64,000 bases of DNA from Macrostomum hystrix (Eukaryota; Animalia; Platyhelminthes), in contig CATNEN010000001.1 of NCBI GenBank assembly GCA_950097015.1, positions 5,146,001 to 5,210,000 of the forward strand, given 5' to 3'. The notes below the pieces were generated by a model. It was not told where the DNA came from, did not search any database, and saw only the letters and a list, made by a program, of their open reading frames with translations. Each line of letters opens with the position of its first letter. Position 1 is the first letter of the stretch. Of this stretch, positions 26,842 through 39,256 are shown piece by piece. The translations under genes were made by a program, and so were the position numbers.

Positions 26842-28664
26842 AACAAAAGCTAAAAAAGATTTTTACTTAAATGTTTTAAAAATGTTTATTATTTATTTAA
26901 TTAAAAAGTTTTTTAAAAGAATTTCTTTTTTAATTATTTATTTGTTTTCAATAGACATATCAGCCTAACTCTAAGCAAATTTTTGGCAGTTGGCATACAA
27001 GGAAACTTTATTTATAATGTATGGGTAAATCCATTATGGGTAAGATGACCAGATATATAAAAATTTTGTGTCTAATGCAATATTTTAATGCTGTTTTAGC
27101 CTTTTTTCATTGCAAAGTTGTGCTAAATCAACATTTATGTTATTAAAATTAATTTGCATTTCCATTTCAGATTAATGACTGCCGTTTTGATGGATTCATA
27201 TGGAAATATAATTTGAAAATGTTTGAAAATGGCATGTCTTTTTTGGGTGATAAAAGGTGTTTATTAAATTGTATCTAGATATACATCTTTAAATAGTTGT
27301 CAAGCTTTTCTTATCTCTAGCTAATATATGCAAAAATGTTGTTTTACTGCTTTAAGCTTTTTAAAAGAAGCTCTCCCATTTTTGTCCACCATTTTTGTTG
27401 TCTCTTTGTCACATTGGCTTACTTAGAGCTATTTTGCAAGCACAATATGTCCCATCATTGTTGGCATAACTTTTGCATGTCACTAAAAATTTATGTGACC
27501 TAGTATATTATTGTTTCCTAAGAAAAAATATATTGTTGAACAGTAGAATCACTGTGCTCAAGATCTATAATATTTTGGTCATTGTCATTTGCTTGCAAAA
27601 TACAGCACAACTTGTCACAACATCAATAATCTCATTGTTGGGACCAACAAATTTGTGCTGCTTTTGATGTTAGGACTCCAATTTTTTAATCCTAATACTT
27701 GTATCGAAGAGCAGTAACATTTAATTATGAAAGATTTAATTGATTTTAATGCTTTCTTTGCAGATCAGCAGATGGCACGTAAGCTACTAGTTGTGACTGC
27801 TGCAAGAGTAAGAAAAAGAGAATGTCATCTTCAATACCAGGAAAGGAAGAAGAAAGAAAGCAAGGCTGCATTTTATGCCAAGAACAATGAGGCCTGTAAG
27901 AAATACAGGAAAAACCAGAAGCACATCTATTCTAAAAGCAAGCATGCTGCTTGTGCAAATCAAAGATATGAAACTGAGCAGAAGCAAGCTTGGCGCTTAA
28001 AAAAGTGACAATAGGCCAGTGAAAGCCTTAGCCAATCTTTGCCAACAGTTGTAGCTAGTAGCCCAGTAGGGTTGACTTGCCCTTGTACTTCTAGGATTAA
28101 ACAGACATCAAGCCAAAGTTCTGTTTATCAGCCAACAAGCATTTGCCCCAGTCCAATGGACTCCACTAACTCCATAGTCAAGAAGGTGGCCTCTGAGGGG
28201 GAAAATTCCTGCGCACACAAAGGGTCTTGGCACACATTAGCACACACAAAGGGTCTCAGCACATATTGGCGCACAAGTGAGGTGTACACAAAAGCTCATT
28301 GGCCCATAAGCTGCAGTACACACTATAAATTCCTAGAAGTCATAATTTGTCATAAATTGTATATTTATTATTCTAACTTCCATTTTTCAAATAGTGAAAT
28401 TGTTCATAATTTTTTGTGCTGCATAGCATTGAATCATTGATCATTGTATTTATCTTATCAACTGTGTTACAATTACTGTATAGTGCACGGCTGATGCACA
28501 GATGGCACACAGATTGTCCCTCCAAAATTTATTCTGGTGCACACTCTGCCACCTTCTTGACTATGGCACTAACTCAAGGCGAAAGGCAGCTGCACTAGCT
28601 TGTGAGAAGCATAGAAAAAGAGAAACTCAGCTGGAGCTTAAGAAAGTTATAGGGACTTCAGCAG

Positions 28665-28935
28665 CATACATGCTCAACCTCCCAAATCTTAGCTGGCCGT
28701 GCGACTTAGTTTTTGCTCTCATTTGCGACTTAGTTCATTTCATTGCTCTATATACAACTTAGTTTGCTCTCATTTGCTCTCTTTTTCTCTCCCCTTTTTC
28801 CTTTTCTTCATGCCTTCCTTTTTTGTCCCTAGGTCCCCCTTTGATTTTTTTGTGCTTGGTTGATTGGTTTTTGTGACTTACCTTGCTTGGCCCTTGTTTC
28901 ACCCGGCCGGTGTGGCCGGGTGTTGCACATGTATG
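28665..28935. mobile_element. hAT-type MITE, same family as 48664-48926 in the opposite orientation
   Basis: Termini CATACATGCTCAAC...GTTGCACATGTATG; the body aligns by eye to the reverse complement of 48664-48926. Confidence 0.75.
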
Positions 28936-29449
28936 TTGGCTAAGCAGATATATTGCAAGGTAATTTAGAGCATGAATATTAATTAATTAAGATATTTCAA
29001 CATTAAACATAATCTACAAATGTTATGAAACACTGACTTCATATTAAAGCTTTTGAATGCTCTTATTACCAGGTTCCCATGTGCTGCTGCTAAACAGAAG
29101 GAGATAACAGCTGCTGAAATGCACAAGGCAAATTGCCACATTTTCCATGCCAGCAGCAGAAAGCATCTGCAAAAGCTACGCCAAGTACAAGAAGAGCATG
29201 CAAGGCAAGAAGGCTAGAGGTCACTTTTGACATCATGGCTAAGTTCAAGCAGTCACAACCCATTCTTAAGATGGTCAAAAAGGTTAAACCTTTAAATTCT
29301 GCCTTAATGATTTAGTCTTAAAATGTAAATCTACCCTAATTTCTTAATGCAATTAATTAATTTGATTCTGAGATTACCTAAAGTACTTTTCATATCGTAC
29401 AGATCTGCTGCAAAGCCCATTGCAATGCAAGGCGCTTTCTTGTCAGGAA

Positions 29450-29740
29450 GTTGTGACTTGATTATTGGACTATAGCTAAACCTGAATCTGATGACAAGCT
29501 AGTCTGTGCCACATCAAAGCCAAGGGATCTGGAGGCCCTCATTGTTGCTTTCCTGTCACGCGGCAACAACTAATATATTACATCATACAAGAAGGATGTG
29601 GTACCTGGACTTGATGGAAAGATTCAGAAGCGATTTCTCAACTTTTCTGTGGACTTCCTGTTTGAGAAGTTCTGCAGCGAGAACCCTGACGACAAGATCT
29701 CTTGATCAACTAGTTAAGAGACCTTGCTTAACTATAAATC
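29450..29740 (+). pseudogene. Decayed Sola2-like DNA transposase fragment (N-terminal part)
   Basis: Translates IVAFLSRGNN*YITSYKKDVVPGLDGKIQKRFLNFSVDFLFEKFCSENPDDKIS*ST, resembling the F..D.NS....KKD...QKR.L....L..KF..E.P..KIS.STF motif of this transposase group; contains in-frame stops. Confidence 0.5.
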
Positions 29741-29777
29741 TAAAAAATTGTTGTCTTACACCAGCTATGAAATTTAA

Positions 29778-30457
29778 AAGAAGGCAGAGCTTTTTCCCAC
29801 GGTTGATAAGTTCAATTTTATCCACACAGATCCATGCCGATAATTTTCTGCTTATCCACACGGCAGCTTGTATGAATAGGTCTACAACTCTTTATATAAA
29901 TATGATGTGCCGTTAATTTCTGAAATTTTATCTACACAGTTCTGTTCTTTGAAACGAGGCCCTTTCGGGTTTGAACGTTTTGTTGAACCCTGGAGCCAAT
30001 AGATCGACAAAGTTGACAGTGCGTTACGACAGTGTTCTACATTTCGACCTACACATTCATTAACCGACATTAATGTCATCCTTTTTAATTATTGTAATAA
30101 CAAATTTCAAAATCTTTTGTCATTGTTACGTGTTTTCATTCGAATTGTATTGACTTAAAAAAAGTAAGAAGTCTATCAAAGAAAATCATACGAGTTAACC
30201 AGCAGAATTCTAGTCAGCACCAAACTCGTCACACATATTATACATCATTGTTATTCTTTTACACTATGCATTGATAGTGTACACTATACACTATACTCTG
30301 AAGCAAAAGCCTTATGCTTAGCAAAGAATAGGCAGGGACTTGAAAGTAGACCTTTTCATACAAGCTGCCGTGTGGATAAGCAGAAAATTATCGGCATGGA
30401 TCTGTGTGGACAAAAGTGAAATTATCGGCACAGGACCATGGGAATAAGCACTTTCTT
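29778..30457. mobile_element. MITE with ~110-bp terminal inverted repeats
   Basis: CCACACAGATCCATGCCGATAATTTTCTGCTTATCCACACGGCAGCTTGTATGAA (~29822-29877) is inverted at ~30355-30410; imperfect similarity extends outward to TTAA-containing ends. Confidence 0.75.
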
Positions 30458-30715
30458 AAAAGAAAGATGCTGATGGTCTTTAAAGTAACTAAGTTTCTCT
30501 TAAGTTTTTTCTTTTGAGTACTTTAAGGTCTCAGTGATTAATTGTAAAAATAACTGTGATCGATTGGCCACAATTTGCAACTAAAGTTGTTTTAAATAAA
30601 ACAAAAAGTCTAAGAACTAATGAAATTATTCAGTAAAAAAATAACAAAGAAGCCAACTTAAAAAATCATAATAGAAAGGCACTTTACTTCTTCTCTTTGT
30701 TTCTTGCAATCTTAC

Positions 30716-30788
30716 CTTGCTCGGTAACACCATCACCTTCTCCAGCATTTCGCTCAGCCTCTACTTTGGCTTGTTTTGCGTTGGACAT
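30716..30788 (-). CDS. SET: SET coding exon 1 (MSNAKQAKVEAERNAGEGDGVTEQ)
   Basis: ATG at 30788, G|GTAAG donor, phase 1 joins exon 2 in frame; similar in length and character to the TAF-I beta N-terminus. Confidence 0.85.
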
Positions 30789-31464
30789 GTCTAAAACCTT
30801 AGTCTTTATTCTAGCAACAACAAAAATATAAAACGAAAATGAAGATAGCTTACAAATCTAACTAGCTTTAGTCACAAGAAAGTAAGTCAAGTAGCAGCTA
30901 AAAGAGATTTCCTTAACACACGCCGAAGTTAAATTAAATTATGTAAAATAAGTATTGTTACCGCTTGCAGCCAGAATGATCTAATCCGAGTCGAGCGCGA
31001 CGTTTAATATAAAAATTTGTTCAAATAAAAGCAGCAGTTAGAAATTATATTGCTATAATTCATATTATTAGGTCAAAAAAAGTTGCTAATAGTTTTGGCG
31101 AAGACTTTTATCTAAAAACTAAATATAAAACAATATAATTTTTAACTTTTTGTTAAAACGGGCTTAATTAAATAATTACAATTGTGTAACTTTAACTGTA
31201 ATAACTTGTCGTTTAATTTAATTATAATAAAGCAATTGCACAAATTCTGCCTCAGTTTGGGAGGTAATTTTTAGGCTGGTTTGTTTCTACACTGAATTAG
31301 AAAAAGCTGCTTGCCTTCGATCGTTTACTAGTGCTAGTAAAATAGCCATAGCTGAACTAAAAATAATTTGATATTTCTTACATCTCTTTCTTGCTTTTAC
31401 TACTAGGCCTAGGCCTTGTTTTGCTTCTGAGTTTAGCCGCAACATTAAACATAGAAATAGAATA
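30789..31464. promoter_or_regulatory. Bidirectional promoter / 5' UTR region shared by SET and PRPF38B
   Basis: Two divergent start codons are separated by 676 bp. Confidence 0.6.
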
Positions 31465-31492
31465 ATGTCTTCAGAAGTCGACGTTGACACAG
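31465..31492 (+). CDS. PRPF38B: PRPF38B putative coding exon 1 (MSSEVDVDT)
   Basis: ATG...ACAG|GTAAGA donor; phase 1 joins the acceptor at 50363 in frame. An alternative start at MTPS in exon 2 cannot be excluded. Confidence 0.6.
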
Positions 31493-33194
31493 GTAAGAGC
31501 CTCTTTTATTTTACCTTAAGTATCTTTGAAGCAACCAGGATTAAATATTAAAAACTTGCTTTTCACAAAGGTCACTTAGACATTTCACAAGTCAAACAAA
31601 ATCAAATTACCAATATTGTAATTATCTCGTATAATTATTCTTTTGTATTGTCTCAGAAGTTAAAAAATTGCTAGCAGTCTTGCAAAAAGAATTGTGATTA
31701 TGAAAATATTTACTAATTGATATTAATATTTCAATATTATGAAAATTACATCAGACCATCAGTATTATTTTAATTATATAATATAAATATAATATAGTAG
31801 GGTGAAATCTCATCAACCGAACAAGAAAATGTCATTTTCAAACATTCCATGTTTGATAACAAAAAAACTAAACAAGATAAGAAAATCAAATTTACCGGTA
31901 CTTGTTAAAAACAATTTTATCTTTCAAATGAAAGTCTACTCATCCAAATCGGTTAACTACAAAAAAAGTTGTGTCTATTTTTGTTTCAATTCCGAACAAT
32001 GAATTTCCCATTTCATCAAACCGAACGATGTTTCTGATGTTCGGTTTTTTTTTATTTGCCCAAAAAATTGACTTCTGCTCAATAAAAAGCTATAACAAAA
32101 CAGTGTAAAAGAAAGAAAAAATCATGCTGCATCGATTTAAGTAAAGTTCAATAGTCCGATTTGATAAGAAGAGGGTTATTTTTTACATCGAAGTATGTAC
32201 CCCCCACCCGAGTCAAATAGTGCAATTTTCATTCCATCTTGAGTTTTCCTGCTTCAGGCACACTAAACAGCGAAACAAACAGCGAAAAAGTCATGTGCTG
32301 TCTTTGCTCATGAGTTTCCTATGGTTCGTGGAGTTTATAGTCTTTTGCAACGAAGCCTTTAGTGACAAACTCACCCTCATTTCATAATTTTAGGCCTGGC
32401 AGTACTTGCGATATCTCAGACTTAAAGTCGCTGCAGCTTTATTATGCAAACACAGATGCTTGGTAAAACTTTAAAGTAAATAAAAACCGTGCAGAACTTC
32501 AAGTTAAAATCGGTTTCTCCAAGTTTAAAAGTGTTTACGCTGACTAATGAGAATTAATGTAACTCACTTACACAAAAAATGTCCATTTTTTCGAAATCTT
32601 TCATACTTTTTTCTGAGCGTGTTTTTCTACTGCCAGACTACTAGTCCTACTGGCAGTAGTCTGTTGCGGGAATTTTAAAAGCTAAAGCAAATGATCCCAG
32701 CTCTTAGGAAAAAAAAGATTGAAGGTCCAATAAAGGCTAGGCTACACAACTGGGCCTCCTTGGCAGACAGGGCAGAGAAGGAGACAAAGGCGGGAGAGAG
32801 CCGAACAGACCATTGTGTGATCTCCATGGCAACCGAGTTTCACAAATGACAATTGTTGGCAACGATGAATGACAGGGCGAGGCCTAGCCAAAGGTATGAA
32901 GAAGCAATCTGGACTGGAAGCCGACCCCCTGACTCGACTTGTTGGAGGCCACTTAAATTTGCTCATCAATACACAGCAGATAGACAAAGTAGGCCTAGCA
33001 TTAGGCCTATAGGCCCCTAGGCCTAGCACATAAAGAAAGGCCATAAATGAGAGCAAGTACTTGGGGCCTAATTTCAAGGCCGAAAATTTACTCTGGAACT
33101 TGATCTTTAACAAAAAATGGATGCAGTCACAATGCAGGGAGACAAAAAGAAGATGAGGAAGAGAGCTGAAGATATATAGCGACTAGGCGTTAAA

Positions 33195-33555
33195 AAGGAG
33201 AGAGAGGAGAAGGGTAAGAGAGAGAAGGAGAGGGGGGAGACGTAGAAGGAGAGGGGAAGACAGAGAAGGAGAGGGGAAGACAGAAAAAATGAGGGGAAGA
33301 CAGAGAAGGAGAGGGGAAGACAGAAAAAATGAGGGGAAGACAGAGAAGGAGAGGAGAAGACAGAGAAGGAGAGGGGAAGACAGAGAAGGAGATGGGGAGG
33401 ACAGAGAAGGAGAGTGGAAGACAGAAAAAATCAGGGGAAGACAGAGGAGGAGAGGGAAAGACAGAAAAATAAGGTGAAGACAGAGAAGGAGAGGGGAAGA
33501 CAGAGAAGGAGAGGGGAAGACAGAGAAGGAGAGGGGAAGACAGACAGAGAAGGAG
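33195..33555. repeat. GA-rich ~20-bp minisatellite (GAGGGGAAGACAGAGAAGGA)
   Basis: Direct inspection. Confidence 0.9.
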
Positions 33556-35957
33556 AGGAAGCTGAGAGCCAGAAAGAAGAGGGCGGAAGTGAGGAAGCTG
33601 AGAGCCAGAAAGCAGAGGTTAGGAGTGAGGAAGCTGAGAGCCAGAAAGAAGAGGTTAGGAGTGAGGAAGCTGAGAGCCAGAAAGAAGAGGGCGGGAGTGA
33701 GGAAGCTGAGAGCCAGAAAGAAGAGGGCGGAAGTGAGGAAGCTGAGAGCCAGAAAGAAGAGGGCGGGAGTGAGGAAGCTGAGAGCCAGAAAGAAGAGGGC
33801 GGGAGTGAGGAAGCTGAGAGCCAGAAAGCAGAGGTTAGGAGTGAGGAAGCTGAGAGCCAGAAAGCAGAGGTTAGGAGTGAGGAAGCTGAGAGCCAGAAAG
33901 AAGAGGGCGGAAGTGAGGAAGCTGAGAGCCAGAAAGAAGAGGGCGGGAGTGAGGAAGCTGAGAGCCAGAAAGAAGAGGGCGGGAGTGAGGAAGCTGAGAG
34001 CCAGAAAGAAGAGGGCGGATGAGGAAGCTGAGAGCCAGTAAGAAGAGGGCGGATGAGGAAGCTGAGAGCCAGAAAGAAGAGGGCGGGAGTGAGGAAGCTG
34101 AGAGCCAGAAAGCAGAGGTTAGGAGTGAGGAAGCTGAGAGCCAGAAAGAAGAGGGCGGGAGTGAGGAAGCTGAGAGCCAGAAAGAAGAGGGCGGGAGTGA
34201 GGAAGCTGAGAGCCAGAAAGAAGAGGGCGGGAGTGAGGAAGCTGAGAGCCAGAAAGAAGAGGGCGGATGAGGAAGCTGAGAGCCAGTAAGAAGAGGGCGG
34301 ATGAGGAAGCTGAGAGCCAGAAAGAAGAGGGCGGGAGTGAGGAAGCTGAGAGCCAGAAAGAAGAGGGCGGATGAGGAAGCTGAGAGCCAGTAAGAAGAGG
34401 GCGGATGAGGAAGCTGAGAGCCAGTAAGAAGAGGGCGGAAGTGAGGAAGCTGAGAGCCAGAAAGAAGAGGGCGGATGAGGAAGCTGAGAGCCAGTAAGAA
34501 GAGGGCGGATGAGGAAGCTGAGAGCCAGAAAGAAGAGGGCGGATGAGGAAGCTGAGAGCCAGTAAGAAGAGGGCGGATGAGGAAGCTGAGAGCCAGTAAG
34601 AAGAGGGCGGATGAGGAAGCTGAGAGCCAGTAAGAAGAGGGCGGATGAGGAAGCTGAGAGCCAGAAAGGAGAGGGCGGGAGTGAGGAAGCTGAGAGCCAG
34701 AAAGAAGAGGGCGGATGAGGAAGCTGAGAGCCAGTAAGAAGAGGGCGGATGAGGAAGCTGAGAGCCAGTAAGAAGAGGGCGGAAGTGAGGAAGCTGAGAG
34801 CCAGAAAGAAGAGGGCGGATGAGGAAGCTGAGAGCCAGTAAGAAGAGGGCGGATGAGGAAGCTGAGAGCCAGAAAGAAGAGGGCGGATGAGGAAGCTGAG
34901 AGCCAGTAAGAAGAGGGCGGATGAGGAAGCTGAGAGCCAGTAAGAAGAGGGCGGATGAGGAAGCTGAGAGCCAGTAAGAAGAGGGCGGAAGTGAGGAAGC
35001 TGAGAGCCAGAAAGAAGAGGGCGGGAGTGAGGAAGCTGAGAGCCAGAAAGAAGAGGGCGGAAGTGAGGAAGCTGAGAGCCAGAAAGAAGAGGGCGGGAGT
35101 GAGGAAGCTGAGAGCCAGAAAGAAGAGGGCGGATGAGGAAGCTGAGAGCCAGTAAGAAGAGGGCGGATGAGGAAGCTGAGAGCCAGTAAGAAGAGGGCGG
35201 AAGTGAGGAAGCTGAGAGCCAGAAAGAAGAGGGCGGAAGTGAGGAAGCTGAGAGCCAGAAAGAAGAGGGCGGGAGTGAGGAAGCTGAGAGCCAGAAAGCA
35301 GAGGTTAGGAGTGAGGAAGCTGAGAGCCAGAAAGAAGAGGGCGGGAGTGAGGAAGCTGAGAGCCAGAAAGAAGAGGGCGGATGAGGAAGCTGAGAGCCAG
35401 TAAGAAGAGGGCGGATGAGGAAGCTGAGAGCCAGTAAGAAGAGGGCGGAAGTGAGGAAGCTGAGAGCCAGAAAGAAGAGGGCGGGAGTGAGGAAGCTGAG
35501 GGCCAGAAAGCAGAGGTTAGGAGTGAGGAAGCTGAGAGCCAGAAAGAAGAGGGCGGGAGTGAGGAAGCTGAGAGCCAGAAAGAAGAGGGCGGAAGTGAGG
35601 AAGCTGAGAGCCAGAAAGCAGAGGTTAGGAGTGAGGAAGCTGAGAGCCAGAAAGAAGAGGTTAGGAGTGAGGAAGCTGAGAGCCAGAAAGAAGAGGGCGG
35701 GAGTGAGGAAGCTGAGAGCCAGAAAGAAGAGGGCGGAAGTGAGGAAGCTGAGAGCCAGAAAGAAGAGGGCGGGAGTGAGGAAGCTGAGAGCCAGAAAGCA
35801 GAGGTTAGGAGTGAGGAAACTGAGAGCCAGTAAGAAGAGGGCGGGAGTGAGGAAGCTGAGAGCCAGAAAGCAGAGGTTAGGAGTGAGGAAGCTGAGAGCC
35901 AGAAAGAAGAGGGCGGGAGTGAGGAAGCTGAGAGCCAGAGAGAAGATGGCGGGAGTG
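33555..35957. repeat. 36/34-bp minisatellite (GAGGAAGCTGAGAGCCAGAAAGAAGAGGGCGGGAGT)
   Basis: Direct inspection; 34-bp variants shift the frame, so the ORFs here are spurious. Confidence 0.95.
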
Positions 35958-36622
35958 TAAATGTGAGTGAGGCTGTGAATGTAAGTGAGGCTGTGAATGT
36001 GAGTGAGGCTGTAAATGTGAGTGAGGCTGTTAATGTAAGTGAGGCTGTGAATGTGAGTGAGGCTGTAAATGTAAGTGAGGCTGTGAATGTAAGTGAGGCT
36101 GTGAATGTGAGTGAGGCTGTAAATGTGAGTGAGGCTGTGAATGTAAGTGAGGCTGTGAATGTGAGTGAGGCTGTGAATGTGAGTGAGGCTGTAAATGTGA
36201 GTGAGGCTGTTAATGTAAGTGAGGCTGTGAATGTGAGTGAGGCTGTAAATGTAAGTGAGGCTGTGAATGTAAGTGAGGCTGTGAATGTGAGTGAGGCTGT
36301 AAATGTGAGTGAGGCTGTGAATGTAAGTGAGGCTGTGAATGTGAGTGAGGCTGTGAATGTGAGTGAGGCTGTAAATGTGAGTGAGGCTGTGAATGTAAGT
36401 GAGGCTGTGAATGTGAGTGAGGCTGTGAATGTGAGTGAGGCTGTGAATGTAAGTGAGGCTGTGAATGTGAGTGAGGCTGTGAATGTGAGTGAGGCTGTGA
36501 ATAAAGCTGTGAGTGTGAATAAGGTTGTAAATAAAGCTGTGAATGTGAGTGAGGCTGTGAACGTGAGTGACGCTGTGGAAAAGTTGTGAGTGTGAATAAG
36601 GCTGTGAATGAGGCTGTGAATG
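35958..36622 (+). repeat. 18-bp minisatellite (GTGAGTGAGGCTGTGAAT), outer left arm
   Basis: Direct inspection; inverted counterpart at 44225-44712 shares the variant tail GACGCTGTGGAAAAGTTG. Confidence 0.93.
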
Positions 36623-37744
36623 ATCTCACAGTGTTTATCATTTGCAGCATGTCTGTGTCATTTTGAATAGCTGTATATCCCTCCCATTGTGTGTCACTTC
36701 TTTGTTATCCATTGCTTACTGTATATTGACAGCAGCGGATCTCACAGTGTTTATCATTTGCAGCATGTCTGTGTCATTTTGAATAGCTGTATATCCCTCC
36801 CATTGTGTGTCACTTCTTTGTTATCCATTGCTTACTGTATATTGACAGCAGCGGATCTCAAGGGCTACTCAATGAATTGAAAATGCAGAAAAACTGAGTA
36901 TTCGAAACCCAAACTAGATCAGTGAGTCTGGCTGTGAATGAGGCACTGAATGAGGCAGTGAATGTGAATGAGGCTGTGAATTAGATAGGGTGAGCTAGCT
37001 TTAAAGCAAGTTATGCCTTGCTTGACTTGAACCAGGTAATTGTCATGATTGCGCAATAATCCCCTTTTTGTGTTAGTGTTTTATTTTTAATAGGAACGCA
37101 GTTCTGGGGTAAGTAATACTCAATCTGTTTTTGGTCCTTATCTGTTGGAGGTGTGATTGACAGTTTTGCATGCAGTCATGAAGCTACACTGTTCATTATT
37201 GACACCAGGTTGATATAAACGTATCTTTTTTGACTACAATACTTACATTAACAAAACCAATAGTCTTGCGCAATGCCGCTAGGCCTAGCACCCCCAGTTT
37301 TAGGCCTCTCCAACTGTTGCGCAATGTCGAAAAAATCGAGCTTCTGTTTCGATCTCAAGGTTTGTGCTGTGCACGAGGTTGTAAATGTGGCTATGAATGT
37401 TAGTGAAGATGTGAATGAGGCTGCGAATGTGAGTGGGGCTGTGAATGTGGGTGAGGCTGTGAATAAAGTTGTGAGTGTGAATAAGGCTGTGAATGAGGCT
37501 GTAAATGATTTCACAGCGCTTAAGATTTGCAGCATGTCTGTTTCATTTTGAATAGCTGTATATCCCTCCCATTGTGTGTCACTTCTGTGTTATCCATTGC
37601 TTACTGTATATTGACAGCAGCGGATCTCACAGTGTTTATCATTTGCAGCATGTCTGTGTCATTTTGAATAGCTGTATATCCCTCCCATTGTGTCACTTCT
37701 TTGTTATCCGTTGCTTACTGTATATTGACAGCAGCGGATCTCAA

Positions 37745-39085
37745 GAAGGCGCCGCTTCAAGACAGTTAGAAACTGCTGAAAAAGCAGGCCGCATGCGTCA
37801 TCTGTGCAGCTGTGTATATCTGTCTCATCTAGTGTCATTTCTGAGTCTTCTATTTGATTCTGTATATAGAAGGCGCCGCTTCAAGACAGTTAGAAACTGC
37901 TGAAAAAGCAGGCCGCATGCGTCATCTGTGCAGCTGTGTATATCTGCCCCATCTAGTGTCATTTCTGAGTCTTCTATTTGATTCTGTATATAGAAGGCGC
38001 CGCTTCAAGACAGTTAGAAACTGCTGAAAAAGCAGGCCGCATGCGTCATCTGTGCAGCTGTGTATATCTGTCCCATCTAGTGTCATTTCTGAGTCTTCTA
38101 TTTGATTCTGTATATAGAAGGCGCCGCTTCAAGACAGTTAGAAACTGCTGAAAAAGCAGGCCGCATGCGTCATCTGTGCAGCTGTGTATATCTGTCCCAT
38201 CTAGTGTCATTTCTGAGTCTTCTATTTGATTCTGTATATAGAAGGCGCCGCTTCAAGACAGTTAGAAACTGCTGAAAAAGCAGGCCGCATGCGTCATCTG
38301 TGCAGCTGTGTATATCTGTCCCATCTAGTGTCATTTCTGAGTCTTCTATTTGATTCTGTATATAGAAGGCGCCGCTTCAAGACAGTTAGAAACTGCTGAA
38401 AAAGCAGGCCGCATGCGTCATCTGTGCAGCTGTGTATATCTGTCCCATCTAGTGTCATTTCTGAGTCTTCTATTTGATTCTGTATATAGAAGGCGCCGCT
38501 TCAAGACAGTTAGAAACTGCTGAAAAAGCAGGCCGCATGCGTCATCTGTGCAGCTGTGTATATCTGTCCCATCTAGTGTCATTTCTGAGTCTTCTATTTG
38601 ATTCTGTATATAGAAGGCGCCGCTTCAAGACAGTTAGAAACTGCTGAAAAAGCAGGCCGCATGCGTCATCTGTGCAGCTGTGTATATCTGCCCCATCTAG
38701 TGTCATTTCTGAGTCTTCTATTTGATTCTGTATATAGAAGGCGCCGCTTCAAGACAGTTAGAAACTGCTGAAAAAGCAGGCCGCATGCGTCATCTGTGCA
38801 GCTGTGTATATCTGTCCCATCTAGTGTCATTTCTGAGTCTTCTATTTGATTCTGTATATAGAAGGCGCCGCTTCAAGACAGTTAGAAACTGCTGAAAAAG
38901 CAGGCCGCATGCGTCATCTGTGCAGCTGTGTATATCTGTCCCATCTAGTGTCATTTCTGAGTCTTCTATTTGATTCTGTATATAGAAGGCGCCGCTTCAA
39001 GACAGTTAGAAACTGCTGAAAAAGCAGGCCGCATGCGTCATCTGTGCAGCTGTGTATATCTGCCCCATCTAGTGTCATATCTCAG
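37745..39085 (+). repeat. 124-bp tandem array, ~10.8 copies (inner left arm)
   Basis: Unit GAAGGCGCCGCTTCAAGACAG...TGATTCTGTATATA starts at 37745, 37869, 37993 ... 38985. Confidence 0.97.
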
Positions 39086-39256
39086 TATTTTGTCTAGCAT
39101 TGAAATAGCGCAGCGAAAATGTGTTTTTGAATTATGGTGCAAGTTTTATACATTTTACGCAGTTATTACAAGTATATTACAAGAGCAATTACAAGTATAA
39201 AGTTAAAGATTAAAAAGTTTCGTGCAAATAATAGATAAGAGCAAACAGTTAATTCT

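Noticed and set aside
33289-36650. Acidic and basic repetitive ORFs (EEAESQKEEGGS, RKLRARKKRAGV, VSEAVN)
   Set aside because: Minisatellites; the 36-bp array is broken by frameshifting 34-bp variants and the 18-bp array recurs inverted.
37745-39085. Hammerhead ribozyme or small RNA gene array in the 124-bp unit
   Set aside because: No CTGANGA core on either strand and no recognisable 5S, tRNA or snRNA features.
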